Assembly (NCBI GenBank): GCA_963775395.1
Contig: CAVZIX010000018.1
Coordinates: 2,935 to 66,934, forward strand
Direction: 5' to 3'
Origin: an uncultured Actinomycetes bacterium
Lineage (GTDB): Bacteria; Actinomycetota; Thermoleophilia; Gaiellales; Gaiellaceae
Length of the DNA: 64,000 nt
Below are positions 9,036-18,148 of the stretch, piece after piece. The notes below the pieces were generated by a model. It saw nothing but the letters and a program-made list of their open reading frames with translations, searched no databases and was not told where the DNA came from. Numbering within the stretch: position 1 is the first letter of the stretch; each line of letters starts with the position of its first letter. Position numbers and translations under genes: made by a program.

Positions 9036-10871
9036 ATGAGTAAGCCCGTCGAGCAGCGCGATCGGGTCGTCATCCGCTTCGCCGGGGACTCGGGGGACGG
9101 AATGCAGCTCACCGGCGGCCGCTTCGCCAGCGAGACCGCACTCCTCGGCAACGACCTCTCCACGCTTCCGGACTTTCCGGCCGAGATTCGCGCGCCCGCG
9201 GGCTCGCTGCCCGGGGTCTCGGGCTTCCAGATCCACTTCTCGGACCACGACATCCTCACACCCGGGGACGCCCCCGATGTACTCGTGGCCATGAACCCGG
9301 CGGCGCTGAAGGCGAACGTGAGGGGGCTCCCCAAGGGCGCCACGATCATCGTCAACACGGACGCGTTCAACGAGCGGAACCTCCAGAAGGCCGGGTACGC
9401 GGCGAACCCGCTCGAAGACGGCTCGCTGGGCGAGTTCCGGGTGCAGCCCGTGCCGCTCACGTCGCTGACGATCGAGGCGCTGAAGGAGTTCGACGTCTCC
9501 AAGCGCGAGGCGGAGCGGTCGAAGAACATGTTCGCGCTCGGGCTCATGTCCTGGCTCTACAGCCGGCCGACCGAGGGCACGATCACCTTCCTCGAGCAGA
9601 AGTTCGCGCGCAGCCCCGAAATCGCGCAGGCGAACGTGAAGGCCTTCAAGGCCGGCTACGCCTTCGGCGAGACCACCGAGGAGTTCGCGGTCCGGTACGA
9701 GGTCCGGCCCGCGCAGCTCGCCCCCGGCACGTACCGCAACGTCACCGGCAACCAGGCGCTCGCCATGGGGCTCATAGCGGCGAGCGTGCAGAGCAAGCTG
9801 CCGCTCTTCCTCGGCGCGTACCCGATCACGCCCGCGTCCGGGATCCTCGAGGAGCTCGCGCGGCACAAGGCCTTCGGCGTGCGGACCTTCCAGGCCGAGG
9901 ACGAGATCGCCGCCGTCGGCGCGGCGCTGGGCGCCTCGTTCGGGGGCGCGCTCGGCGTCTCCACCTCGAGCGGCCCGGGCGTCGTCCTCAAGGCGGAGAC
10001 GATCGGCCTTGCAGTGACGCTCGAGCTCCCGCTGGTCATCCTCGACATCCAACGCGCCGGCCCGTCGACCGGGATGCCGACGAAGCCCGAGCAGGCGGAC
10101 CTGCTCATGGTGCTCTTCGGGCGGAACGCCGAGTCGCCGGTGCCGGTCATCGCCGCCTCGACGCCCGGCGACTGCTTCGCCACGGCGATCGAGGCCGCAC
10201 GGATCGCGCTCAAGTTCCGGACGCCCGTGTACCTCCTCTCGGACGCCTACCTCGCCCACGGTTCCGAGCCGTGGCTCGTGCCGGACGTCGCGTCGCTCCC
10301 CGACATCTCGACGACGTTCGCCGACAAGCCGAACGACGGCGACCGCTTCCTCCCGTACGTTCGCGACGACGACACGCTGGCCCGCCAGTGGGCGCTGCCG
10401 GGCACGCCGGGCCTCGAGCACCGCATCGGCGGGCTCGAGAAGGAGGAGCGCACCGGCAACATCTCCTACGAGCCCGACAACCACGACCTGATGGTGCGGC
10501 TCCGGGCGCGCAAGGTGGCCGGGATCGCGGGCGACATCCCCAGGCTCGAAGTGGACGAGCAGCCGGGTGCGCGGCTCCTCGTGCTCGGCTGGGGCGGCAC
10601 CTACGGGTCGATCGCCGCGGCGGTGCGGCGGGTCCGCGCCCGCGGCGGCGCCGTCGACCACGCGCACCTCACCTACCTGAACCCGTTCCCGCGGAACCTG
10701 GGCGAGGTGCTCCGCTCGTACGACCGCGTGCTCGTCCCCGAGATGAACCTCGGCCAGCTCCTCAAGCTCGTGCGCGCCGAGTTCCTCGTCGACGCGGTCG
10801 GCTACAACCGCGTTCGCGGCGTCCCGTTCACCTCGGCCGAGCTGGCCGACGCCATCCTCCCGCTGACATGA
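9036..10871 (+). CDS. korA: 2-oxoglutarate/2-oxoacid:ferredoxin oxidoreductase subunit alpha
   Basis: The 611-aa ORF begins VVIRFAGDSGDGMQLTGGRFASETALLGNDLSTLPDFPAEIRAPAGSLPGVSGFQIHF... This is the fused gamma/alpha KorA architecture seen in mycobacterial KorA. Confidence 0.92.
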   Translation: MSKPVEQRDRVVIRFAGDSGDGMQLTGGRFASETALLGNDLSTLPDFPAEIRAPAGSLPGVSGFQIHFSDHDILTPGDAPDVLVAMNPAALKANVRGLPKGATIIVNTDAFNERNLQKAGYAANPLEDGSLGEFRVQPVPLTSLTIEALKEFDVSKREAERSKNMFALGLMSWLYSRPTEGTITFLEQKFARSPEIAQANVKAFKAGYAFGETTEEFAVRYEVRPAQLAPGTYRNVTGNQALAMGLIAASVQSKLPLFLGAYPITPASGILEELARHKAFGVRTFQAEDEIAAVGAALGASFGGALGVSTSSGPGVVLKAETIGLAVTLELPLVILDIQRAGPSTGMPTKPEQADLLMVLFGRNAESPVPVIAASTPGDCFATAIEAARIALKFRTPVYLLSDAYLAHGSEPWLVPDVASLPDISTTFADKPNDGDRFLPYVRDDDTLARQWALPGTPGLEHRIGGLEKEERTGNISYEPDNHDLMVRLRARKVAGIAGDIPRLEVDEQPGARLLVLGWGGTYGSIAAAVRRVRARGGAVDHAHLTYLNPFPRNLGEVLRSYDRVLVPEMNLGQLLKLVRAEFLVDAVGYNRVRGVPFTSAELADAILPLT

Positions 10872-11875
10872 GCTCCGAGCTGAAGCTGACCGCCAAGGAC
10901 TTCAAGTCCGACCAGGAGGTCCGGTGGTGCCCGGGCTGCGGCGACTACGCGATCCTCGCGACCATGCAGGGCTTCCTGCCCGAGCTCGGCATCCCGCGCG
11001 AGCAGCTCGTCTTCGTCTCCGGCATCGGCTGCGCCGCTCGCTTCCCCTACTACGTGAACGCCTACGGCCTGCACTCGATCCACGGCCGCGCGGCCGCGAT
11101 CGCCACCGGCCTCGCTGCCTCCCGCCGGGACCTGTCCGTGTGGGTCGTCTCCGGGGACGGGGACGCGCTCTCGATCGGCGGCAACCACTTCCTCCACGCG
11201 CTCCGGCGCAACGTCAACATCACGATCCTCCTCTTCAACAACCAGGTGTACGGGCTGACGAAGGGGCAGTACTCGCCGACGAGCCCCCTCGGCCAGGTCA
11301 CCGGCCCGACGCCCATGGGCTCCATCGACTGGCCGCTCAACCCGGTCACGGTCGCCCTCGGGGCGGAGGCGACGTTCGTCGCCCGCTCGATCGACACCGA
11401 CCGCGCGCACCTGACCGGGGTGCTCCACGCCGCGGCACGGCACAAGGGCGCGGCGTTCATCGAGATTCTCCAGAACTGCAACGTCTACAACGACGGGGCC
11501 TTCGACCACGTGCGCGACGCGAAGGAGAACCGGATCGTCCTCGAGCACGGCGCGCCGATGCGCTTCGGCGCCGAGAGCGAGAAGGGCGTCCGTCTGGGCG
11601 CCGACGGCTCCGCCGAGCTCGTCGAGATCGCCGACGCCGGGGAGGACGCCCTGCTCGTGCACGACGCGCACGCCGACTCGCCGACCATCGCCTTCGCACT
11701 CGGCCGCCTGGGCTACCCGCAGCCGGGCCCGCTCCCGATCGGCGTCCTGCGTTCGGTGGAGCGTCCGGTCTACGACGAGCTCATGGCCGCGCAGATCGAC
11801 GATGCCCGGCGGGAGAAGGGCGAGGGCGACCTCTCGGCCCTCCTGCACGCGGGCGACACCTGGCAGATCGCCTGA
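10868..11875 (+). CDS. korB: 2-oxoglutarate/2-oxoacid:ferredoxin oxidoreductase subunit beta (TPP-binding)
   Basis: ATG at 10868 overlaps the korA stop (ATGA). MSSELKLTAKDFKSDQEVRWCPGCGDYAIL...SGIGCAARFPYY...VVSGDGDALSIGGNHFLHALRRN contains the TPP GDG motif. Confidence 0.92.
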   Translation: MSSELKLTAKDFKSDQEVRWCPGCGDYAILATMQGFLPELGIPREQLVFVSGIGCAARFPYYVNAYGLHSIHGRAAAIATGLAASRRDLSVWVVSGDGDALSIGGNHFLHALRRNVNITILLFNNQVYGLTKGQYSPTSPLGQVTGPTPMGSIDWPLNPVTVALGAEATFVARSIDTDRAHLTGVLHAAARHKGAAFIEILQNCNVYNDGAFDHVRDAKENRIVLEHGAPMRFGAESEKGVRLGADGSAELVEIADAGEDALLVHDAHADSPTIAFALGRLGYPQPGPLPIGVLRSVERPVYDELMAAQIDDARREKGEGDLSALLHAGDTWQIA

Positions 11876-11971
11876 GCCGCGCCGAGCGGGGCTCTGGACG
11901 TCCAGACCGCCAAGTTGCAATTCGAAACTTGCGCGGGATACGGTCGGAGGTCCCCGGAAGGAAGGAGTCCC

Positions 11972-13327
11972 ATGCGTGGGCCCTTGCTCTCGCCGCTTGC
12001 GCGGCCGTCGGCGTCCTCTTCGTCTGCTCGCCCGCGGGCGCGGTTCCGCCCATCGGCGGGTGGAGCGGATCGCCGCGGAGTGACCCGACGCTCGACATGT
12101 CGGCTCAGCCGTTGCCGACGCTCGTCCCGCCGCCGAACGACGCTTTCGCCGCGGCTGGTGTGGTCGGGTCGCTTCCCTTCTCGGCGACGCTTGGCACGGT
12201 CGAGGCGACGGCGGCGGTGGACGACCCGTCGTGCTTCGGCAACGACGCGTCCGTCTGGTACGCCTTCACGCCCGTGGTCTCGGCGCCGATCACCGCCGAG
12301 ACCTTCGGAAGTGACTACGACACGACGCTGTCCGCGTACACCGGCACCCAGGGTGCGCTCACGCAGATTGCCTGCAACGACGACGTCGGCGCCGGCCAGG
12401 CGGTCCCAGATCCGGTTCCCGGCGAGTGCGGGGACGACGTACTACTTCATGGTCGCCGGAGCAGGTGGCGGAAACCTCGTCTTCGCGCTCGAAGCGGCGC
12501 CGCTCGCGCTCGTGCCGCTTAGGACGACGACGGCCCACGAAGAGATTCCGGCCGCGGACGCCACACACTTTGCCTGGTCGCAGTCTTCGCGCCGGAATAT
12601 CGGTTTCGTCTCGCTCTTCATGCAGTCTGGAGGGACGCGCGTCCGCGTGAACCGAGCGAACACGCACGGCTGGTCCGGCGGATTCGAGGGCGATGTGTTC
12701 GTCTATCAAGAGGTCCGTGGGCGACAGTCGAACCTTCAGTTCTATGACGTCCCGACCGGCGTCCGCTCTTCGCCACCTCTGGGCGTTAACACGCTCGTCT
12801 GGGAATGGCGCCCGACGCTATCTGGTGACCAGTTGCTTTTCGGGCGGTTGTCCAATAGCCAGAGGATCGACTGGGTGTTTCTACGCGATCTCACGACGGG
12901 CGGCATCCGGCTCCTCGACAGGATTCGTTGGCGCAACGGGCTCCTGTGGCCCGGACAGGTCAGTGGAAACTACGCCGTCTGGTACCGGTGCACGGTGAGC
13001 GATCGGCGCTGCAACGTTCAGATGCATGACATCGCCGCTGCGACGACTGCGAAGATCCCGAATCCCGGTCGCCAGCAGTACGCTCCCTCCGTGACGAGCG
13101 ACGGGACGGTGTACTTCATTCGGAGTGGCCGCGGATGTGGCAACTCGGTTCAGCTTGTCCGTCGTCCGCTCGGCGGTCCGAGCAAGGTGATCGCCGCAGT
13201 CGGCGCCGGCCGCGACGTCCAGGCGACCTTCGCGCTCGAGAACGGCGACGGGACGACGACCGTCTACTTCGACCGCGTCCGCTGCGCCACGCGCGCCTGG
13301 GACGTGTTTAGGGTGGTCGATCCCTAG
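11972..13327 (+). pseudogene. Secreted protein (N-terminal pre-peptidase-like beta-sandwich domain plus C-terminal propeller-like region), reading frame disrupted
   Basis: The signal peptide and domain sequence (HAWALALAACAAVGVLFVCSPAGAVPP...SVWYAFTP...DTTLSAYTG...IACNDDVGAGQA) are in the frame of ORF 10924..12522. The domain continues (SQIRFPASAGTTYYFMVAGAGGGN... to 13327) in the +1 frame of ORF 11915..13327. The switch is at about 12398-12404. The SD-preceded ATG at 11972 is in the second frame. Confidence 0.6.
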
Positions 13328-13364
13328 ACCTCTTGACCTTCCTCTGACTACAATCCTGCCCGCC

Positions 13365-14432
13365 GTGGTCCGCCGGGCAGCGATCGTCCATGTTGTGGCG
13401 CTCGTGGCGGCGCTCGCCGTCGCTTCGGCGGCGCACGCCCAGACGACCGTTCGCGTTCATTTCCTCCGGGGCGAGCAGACGGTCGCGGTGGAACGGCCCG
13501 GTGCCGTGCCGGCCGAGGCAGTCGAGGCGCTCCTCGCAGGCCCCTCGCCGGCTGAGCAGCGCAGCCGGATCGTCACCGAGCTGCCCGAGGGCCTGACGCT
13601 CCTCGGGCTCGAGGCGGCCGACGGCGTTGTCACCGTCGACTTCGGGAGCTCGTTCGACGACGGCGATGCCGCCGCGGTGTCCGCGCGCGTCGCGCAGGTC
13701 GTCCTCACGCTGACGGGCCTGCCGGGCGTCCACGAGGCCCGCGTCCTTGTCGAGGGAGCGGAGCTCGCCGTCCGCACCCGCGCCGACGTCCTCGCGCCGC
13801 CGCCGCCGACGAGGAGGGCGGCCGCGCCGAGCGCTGCGCCGACGCTGTCGAGGATCGGGGGATCGATGACGGTGCTCCAGCTTCAGCGGAGGCTCGTGAA
13901 GCTGGGCTACCTGCCGCAGGGCGCAGCGACCGATCACTTCGATCAGCGGACGCTGGCAGCCGTGATCGCCTTCCAGAAGTGGCGCGGACTGGTGCGCGAC
14001 GGCATCCCGGGGCCCGTGACCCAGGCCGCCCTCCTCACTGCGAGACGGCCGACGCCCAGGACGACCGGCCCGGGAACGCGGGTCGAGCTCCTCCTCGACC
14101 GCCAGGTCGCGCTCGTCATCCGCCGCGGCCGGGTGTTGAGGACGATCCACGTCTCCACGGGCAAGCGCGGCTACGCGACCCCCAGCGGCCGCTATGCGGT
14201 TTTCCGCAAGAGCCGGAGGTCGTGGTCGGTCCCGTACCGCGTCTGGATGCCCTGGGCGAGCTACTTCGTGCGCGGTGTCGCATTCCACCAGGCGCAGAGC
14301 GTTCCCGTGACGCCGGCGTCACACGGCTGCGTCCGCGTCACGGCCGCGGACGCGCGCTGGCTCTACGCAATGACGCCGATCGGCACGAAGGTGCGCGTCA
14401 TCGCGCGCTCGCGGCCGCCTGCGCACCGGTGA
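13365..14432 (+). CDS. L,D-transpeptidase with GerMN-like and peptidoglycan-binding domains
   Basis: A signal peptide (VALVAALAVASAAHA) is followed by a GerMN-like region, a PG_binding_1 region (LQRRLVKLGYLPQGAATDHFDQRTLAAVIAFQKWRGL) and a YkuD catalytic domain (GVAFHQAQSVPVTPASHGCVRV). Confidence 0.88.
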   Translation: MVRRAAIVHVVALVAALAVASAAHAQTTVRVHFLRGEQTVAVERPGAVPAEAVEALLAGPSPAEQRSRIVTELPEGLTLLGLEAADGVVTVDFGSSFDDGDAAAVSARVAQVVLTLTGLPGVHEARVLVEGAELAVRTRADVLAPPPPTRRAAAPSAAPTLSRIGGSMTVLQLQRRLVKLGYLPQGAATDHFDQRTLAAVIAFQKWRGLVRDGIPGPVTQAALLTARRPTPRTTGPGTRVELLLDRQVALVIRRGRVLRTIHVSTGKRGYATPSGRYAVFRKSRRSWSVPYRVWMPWASYFVRGVAFHQAQSVPVTPASHGCVRVTAADARWLYAMTPIGTKVRVIARSRPPAHR

Positions 14433-14437
14433 GGCCG

Positions 14438-14470
14438 GGGAGCGCGCGAGCCTCGGGCCCGCGCGCTCCC
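14438..14470. terminator. Bidirectional hairpin between convergent genes
   Basis: GGGAGCGCGCG (14438-14448) pairs perfectly with CGCGCGCTCCC (14460-14470), giving an 11-bp stem and 11-nt loop. It lies between stop codons at 14432 (+) and 14483 (-). There is no clear U-tract. Confidence 0.55.
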
Positions 14471-14482
14471 TCCGACCTCCGC

Positions 14483-15013
14483 CTACGGGCGAAGGATGTT
14501 GCAGAACCCCGGCAGCGCCAGAGCGGTGTTGAAGCTCCCGTCCATGAGCTCGCGGAGCGGATGCGGCCCGATCGAATCGATGATCCGGCCGGTCTGCCCG
14601 TCGATCCAGATCTTCCCCTTGTCGACGAGCACCTCGTCCCCGCGGCGCACGATCGCGGAGACGCCCCTGATGTAGACGAGGGTGCGGAGCCCGGTCTCCG
14701 GGTTGAAGTAGGTCGTCTGGACGAAGTCGTCGGGGCCTTCCTGCAGCGTGAGGCCCGTGACGGTGTTGCGGACGGTGTTGTTCTCCCTGACGTGCCCGAT
14801 GACGTGGGTCCGCCGTCCCTGGTCGTCGAAGTACGTCGTTTGCTCGACCGTCAGGTTGATGTTCCACTCGACCCCGTAGCTTCCGCAGGCGGTCGGGTTG
14901 GCGAGCGTTCCCTGCTGGCTGATGGTCGTCCGAACGGGCGGAACTGCGAGCGCCGGCACGGCGAGCGCGGCGGCGAGCCCGGCAACGAGCGCAAGCACAA
15001 GACCTCGTCTCAT
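14483..15013 (-). CDS. Secreted hypothetical protein
   Basis: ATG at 15013 is preceded by AAAGGAGG. MRRGLVLALVAGLAAALAVPALA is a signal peptide. GC3 is high. I recognise no family. Confidence 0.7.
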   Translation of the reverse strand: MRRGLVLALVAGLAAALAVPALAVPPVRTTISQQGTLANPTACGSYGVEWNINLTVEQTTYFDDQGRRTHVIGHVRENNTVRNTVTGLTLQEGPDDFVQTTYFNPETGLRTLVYIRGVSAIVRRGDEVLVDKGKIWIDGQTGRIIDSIGPHPLRELMDGSFNTALALPGFCNILRP

Positions 15014-15233
15014 GGATGACGCCTCCTTTTCCCTGGTTCTCTCCATGTCACGACAGCCCCTGGTTACGGCTCTCGTCCCCCGACGGTGGTCGTCATCTCA
15101 CGCCTTCCCTGAGCGCCGGGCGAGCGAGACGGTTAGCCACACTAAACCCGCATCGGCCAAGTGTCAAACCTCCCGGTAGTAGGCTGCTTTTCTGCCCACG
15201 AAGGACGTCACGGAGGCCGGTGTCGGCGAGCGG

Positions 15234-15794
15234 TTGCGGGCCGTTCGGCGCGAGCGCGGGCTGACGATCGCGCAGCTCGCGGCGGCCACCGGGCTGACCA
15301 GCGGCTTCATCAGCCAGCTCGAGCGGGGCCTGAGCTCGGTGTCGCTCTCGTCGCTCGCCCGTATCTGCTCGGCGCTCAACATCCGGTTCGGCGACGTCCT
15401 CGACGTGAAGTCGGCCGGGGCGGTCATCCGCCGTGACGAGGCCGGCGCGTGGGCCGTCATCGGCGCCCACCGGGACCTGCTCCTGAGCTCGCTCGAGGAC
15501 GAGCGCTTCCACCTGATCGAGTCGCACATCCCGCCCGGTGCCGGGGCGGGGGAGGATCTGTACACGTTCCCGGCCGACGTCGAGCTCGTCTACGTCCTCA
15601 GCGGCACGCTCGAGCTCCGCGTCGACGGCGGCGTCTTCGTCGTGCGGGCGGGCGACACGGTCACGTACTCCCCGCGCGAGCCGCACACCTGGCGGAACCC
15701 GTCGACGACCGACGAGGCGGTCGTTCTCTGGTTCTCGGTGCCGAACCCGTTCTGGCCGCGGGCCTCAACGCCCGGGTCGGAGATCGAGCCCTAG
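15234..15794 (+). CDS. XRE-family HTH transcriptional regulator with C-terminal cupin domain
   Basis: LRAVRRERGLTIAQLAAATGLTSGFISQLERGLSSVSLSSLARICSALNI is an HTH_3 domain. The C-terminal part (...YVLSGTLELRVDGGVFVVRAGDTVTYSPREPHTWRN) is a cupin. The start is TTG. Confidence 0.88.
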   Translation: MRAVRRERGLTIAQLAAATGLTSGFISQLERGLSSVSLSSLARICSALNIRFGDVLDVKSAGAVIRRDEAGAWAVIGAHRDLLLSSLEDERFHLIESHIPPGAGAGEDLYTFPADVELVYVLSGTLELRVDGGVFVVRAGDTVTYSPREPHTWRNPSTTDEAVVLWFSVPNPFWPRASTPGSEIEP

Positions 15795-17756
15795 GCGCTC
15801 GAGCCGCAGCCCCTGCGGTGGCGTCGTCTCGAGGAGCCTCGGAACCTCGAGGACGAGCGCGTGCCACCCCTCTCCCTCGAGCTCGGCCTCCAGGACGGCC
15901 TCGCGCGAAACGACCGTCTGCTCGACGCGGGCACCGTCCACCCACAGGGCGGCCGGAGTCGGGGAGGGTGCGCTGACCTCCAGCTGCACCGCGCCCGAGC
16001 CGTACAGCCAGATAGGCGCCTGCCGCTCCTTCATCGTGCGGCCGCGCCAGCCCTCGCAGTAGAACGGCTCCGCCCGTGGAGGCTCCGGCACCGGCGGCTC
16101 CGCCTGCCCGGTCCCGCGGCCGAGCAGGGTGATCGCGCCGCCGCGCTCGATGGGGGCGTAGCCACGGGCGACCAGCTCGCGCCACCCGAACCAGGCGCCT
16201 GGAACCTCCGCCTGGGCGTAGACGCCTTCGTGGAAGGTCACGAAGCGGATGCCGAGCGAGTCGAGCTCCTCCTCGTCGCCGGGCAGCCAGATGCCGCACG
16301 AGATGCGGTTGCGGAGGAAGTAGAAGTCGAACGCCGGCTGCGGGACGAGTGTCGAGTAGCCTCCGGGCCGTTCCCGCGGCGCCTGCAGCTGGTAGTAGTC
16401 GTACACGCTCCCGTAGTGGACGCCGGGCTCTATGAGCGGGAGCTCGAGGACGCGTCCCTCGGGCTCGTCGCGCAGCGCCGCGTAGGCCCGGTTCCCCGGG
16501 TCGGCGGCGGTGGCGTCGAGCGGGAAGACGAGGAGATCGGCCGCGACGAGGACCAGGACGACGGCCGTCGCGGCCGCCGCCCGCCGCCCCGACGCGACCG
16601 CGATGCGCGCCGCCGCCACGGCGACGAGCGCGGCCACGGCCAGGTCGGCGACCGGCATGAGCCGGCCCGGCACGCGCGGGTAGCGGAGCGGTGGGAAGAC
16701 TTCCCAGAGCCATTCGTAGAGCGGGAGATTCGTGCCCAGCGCGAGGAGCGAGGGGAGAACCGCGGCCGCGCCCAGGATCGAGGCGAGCGCCCGCGACCGT
16801 CGCCAGAGCAGGACGATGCCGGCGACGGCCAGGACGGGGACGAGCCAGCCCACGTAGACGAACTGCTCCAGGCCTCCGAGTCGCCAGCGGCTGACCAGGT
16901 CGGCCCAGTCCGCCGAGAACTCGCCCACTTCTGCGAGCGAGCGGCCGTCGCCCTCGGCCGAGTCGCGCACGATCGTGAGGTGCACGGCGAGGCCGACGCC
17001 GACGGCCGCCACCAGGCCTCCCGCACTCCAGGCTGCGGCACGCGGCGCCGCCCGCGCGGCGACGTAGACGGCGATGAGCGGAATGGCGCCGAGCGCGAGG
17101 TGGAGCTGCCCGGAGAGCGGGATCGAGACGATCGCTGCCGCGCTGACCGCGCCCCAGGCATGCGCGCTGCGCGCGGTCTCGGCGGCGCGGGCGCGCTCGT
17201 AGGCGAGGAGCGCGAGCGGCATGAGGATCGCGATCCAGCCGAGCAGGTGCACGCCGCTCTGCGCGAGCCGGTACGGCGCCAGGGCGAACACCAGCCCGCC
17301 GATCGCCGCCGCTCCGGGCGGCAGGGCCAGCGCGCGCAGCCAGCCGTACGTGAGCAGTCCTGCGGCGACGATCGTGGCCAGCAGGAGGAGGTTCCAGGCG
17401 ACCACCGGGCCGAAGGCCGCGTCGAGCGGCCAGAACGCGAGGCCGAAGGGCCAGCCCGCGAGCACGATCTGCGGCTCCACGAGCGGCTGGAAGCTGTACG
17501 GGTCGAGCCACGGCGCGGCGCCCCGCTCGAGCTGGTGGCCGACGAGCCAGAAACGGTAGGCCGCCTGGAGGTGGTCGCCGGCGGCGGCCTCCCCGTGCCC
17601 GTCGCCGCCGTCGGCGATGAACGAGCTCCCGAAGGAGCCGACGGCCGGCAGGGTCGCCACGATCGCGGCGGCGCCGTAGAGCGCTACGAGGAGAGCGAGC
17701 GCGCGGCCTCGACCAGCCGGTCGAAGTCGGAGACCTCGGATGCGCCGTACCGCCAT
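15765..17756 (-). CDS. Large polytopic membrane protein (possible GT-C-type glycosyltransferase) with C-terminal extracytoplasmic domain
   Basis: In ORF 15765..18029 the real part starts at MAVRRIRGL (ATG 17756). It has more than 10 TM helices and then a soluble domain of about 200 aa. The functional call is weak. Its 5' end overlaps the peroxiredoxin 3' end by 73 nt. Confidence 0.7.
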   Translation of the reverse strand: MAVRRIRGLRLRPAGRGRALALLVALYGAAAIVATLPAVGSFGSSFIADGGDGHGEAAAGDHLQAAYRFWLVGHQLERGAAPWLDPYSFQPLVEPQIVLAGWPFGLAFWPLDAAFGPVVAWNLLLLATIVAAGLLTYGWLRALALPPGAAAIGGLVFALAPYRLAQSGVHLLGWIAILMPLALLAYERARAAETARSAHAWGAVSAAAIVSIPLSGQLHLALGAIPLIAVYVAARAAPRAAAWSAGGLVAAVGVGLAVHLTIVRDSAEGDGRSLAEVGEFSADWADLVSRWRLGGLEQFVYVGWLVPVLAVAGIVLLWRRSRALASILGAAAVLPSLLALGTNLPLYEWLWEVFPPLRYPRVPGRLMPVADLAVAALVAVAAARIAVASGRRAAAATAVVLVLVAADLLVFPLDATAADPGNRAYAALRDEPEGRVLELPLIEPGVHYGSVYDYYQLQAPRERPGGYSTLVPQPAFDFYFLRNRISCGIWLPGDEEELDSLGIRFVTFHEGVYAQAEVPGAWFGWRELVARGYAPIERGGAITLLGRGTGQAEPPVPEPPRAEPFYCEGWRGRTMKERQAPIWLYGSGAVQLEVSAPSPTPAALWVDGARVEQTVVSREAVLEAELEGEGWHALVLEVPRLLETTPPQGLRLERLGLDLRPGR

Positions 17757-18148
17757 GCGCCGCGGATGATGCCGCTTTCGTCCACCACGAAGGCGGCTCG
17801 GCGCGCCACGTCGGGAAGCCCTCGGAACTCCTGGACGATGTCGAGAGCCCTCAGAGCCTCGCCGCTCCAGTCGGACAGGAGGCCCACCTCGATGTCGAGC
17901 GCCTGCGTCCAGGCGACGTGCGACCAGGGGCTGTCGCGCGAGATGCCGTACGGCGTCACGCCGGTTTCCAGGAGCTCGGATCGCCGCGCATTCAGCTCCG
18001 AGAGCTCGTTGGTGCAGGTGCTGGACCAATCGAAGAGGTACGAGAGGAGGAGGTACGGCGATTCGCCTGCGAGCTCGCGCAGGGTCAGCGACTCGGTCGT
18101 CGACCGCCAGACGGCGACGTCCGGAACGAGGTCGCCTTCGCCGATCAC
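17684..18148 (-). CDS. Peroxiredoxin / AhpC-TSA (redoxin) family protein
   Basis: GTG at 18148 overlaps the ybdK stop (GTGA). VIGEGDLVPDVAVWRSTTESLTLRELAGESPYLLLSYLFDWSSTCTNELSEL... has a T-x-x-C peroxidatic-Cys context. Confidence 0.8.
   Translation of the reverse strand: MIGEGDLVPDVAVWRSTTESLTLRELAGESPYLLLSYLFDWSSTCTNELSELNARRSELLETGVTPYGISRDSPWSHVAWTQALDIEVGLLSDWSGEALRALDIVQEFRGLPDVARRAAFVVDESGIIRGAWRYGASEVSDFDRLVEAARSLSS

Noticed and set aside
7353-10667. 1104-aa minus-strand ORF, the longest in the track
   Set aside because: Only its last 191 codons (7353-7928) look like a protein (YrhK-like). The remainder is Arg/Gly/Pro/Asp-rich with no domain logic, and it lies antisense to the well-supported AKR, korA and korB genes. 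This is a typical high-GC shadow ORF.
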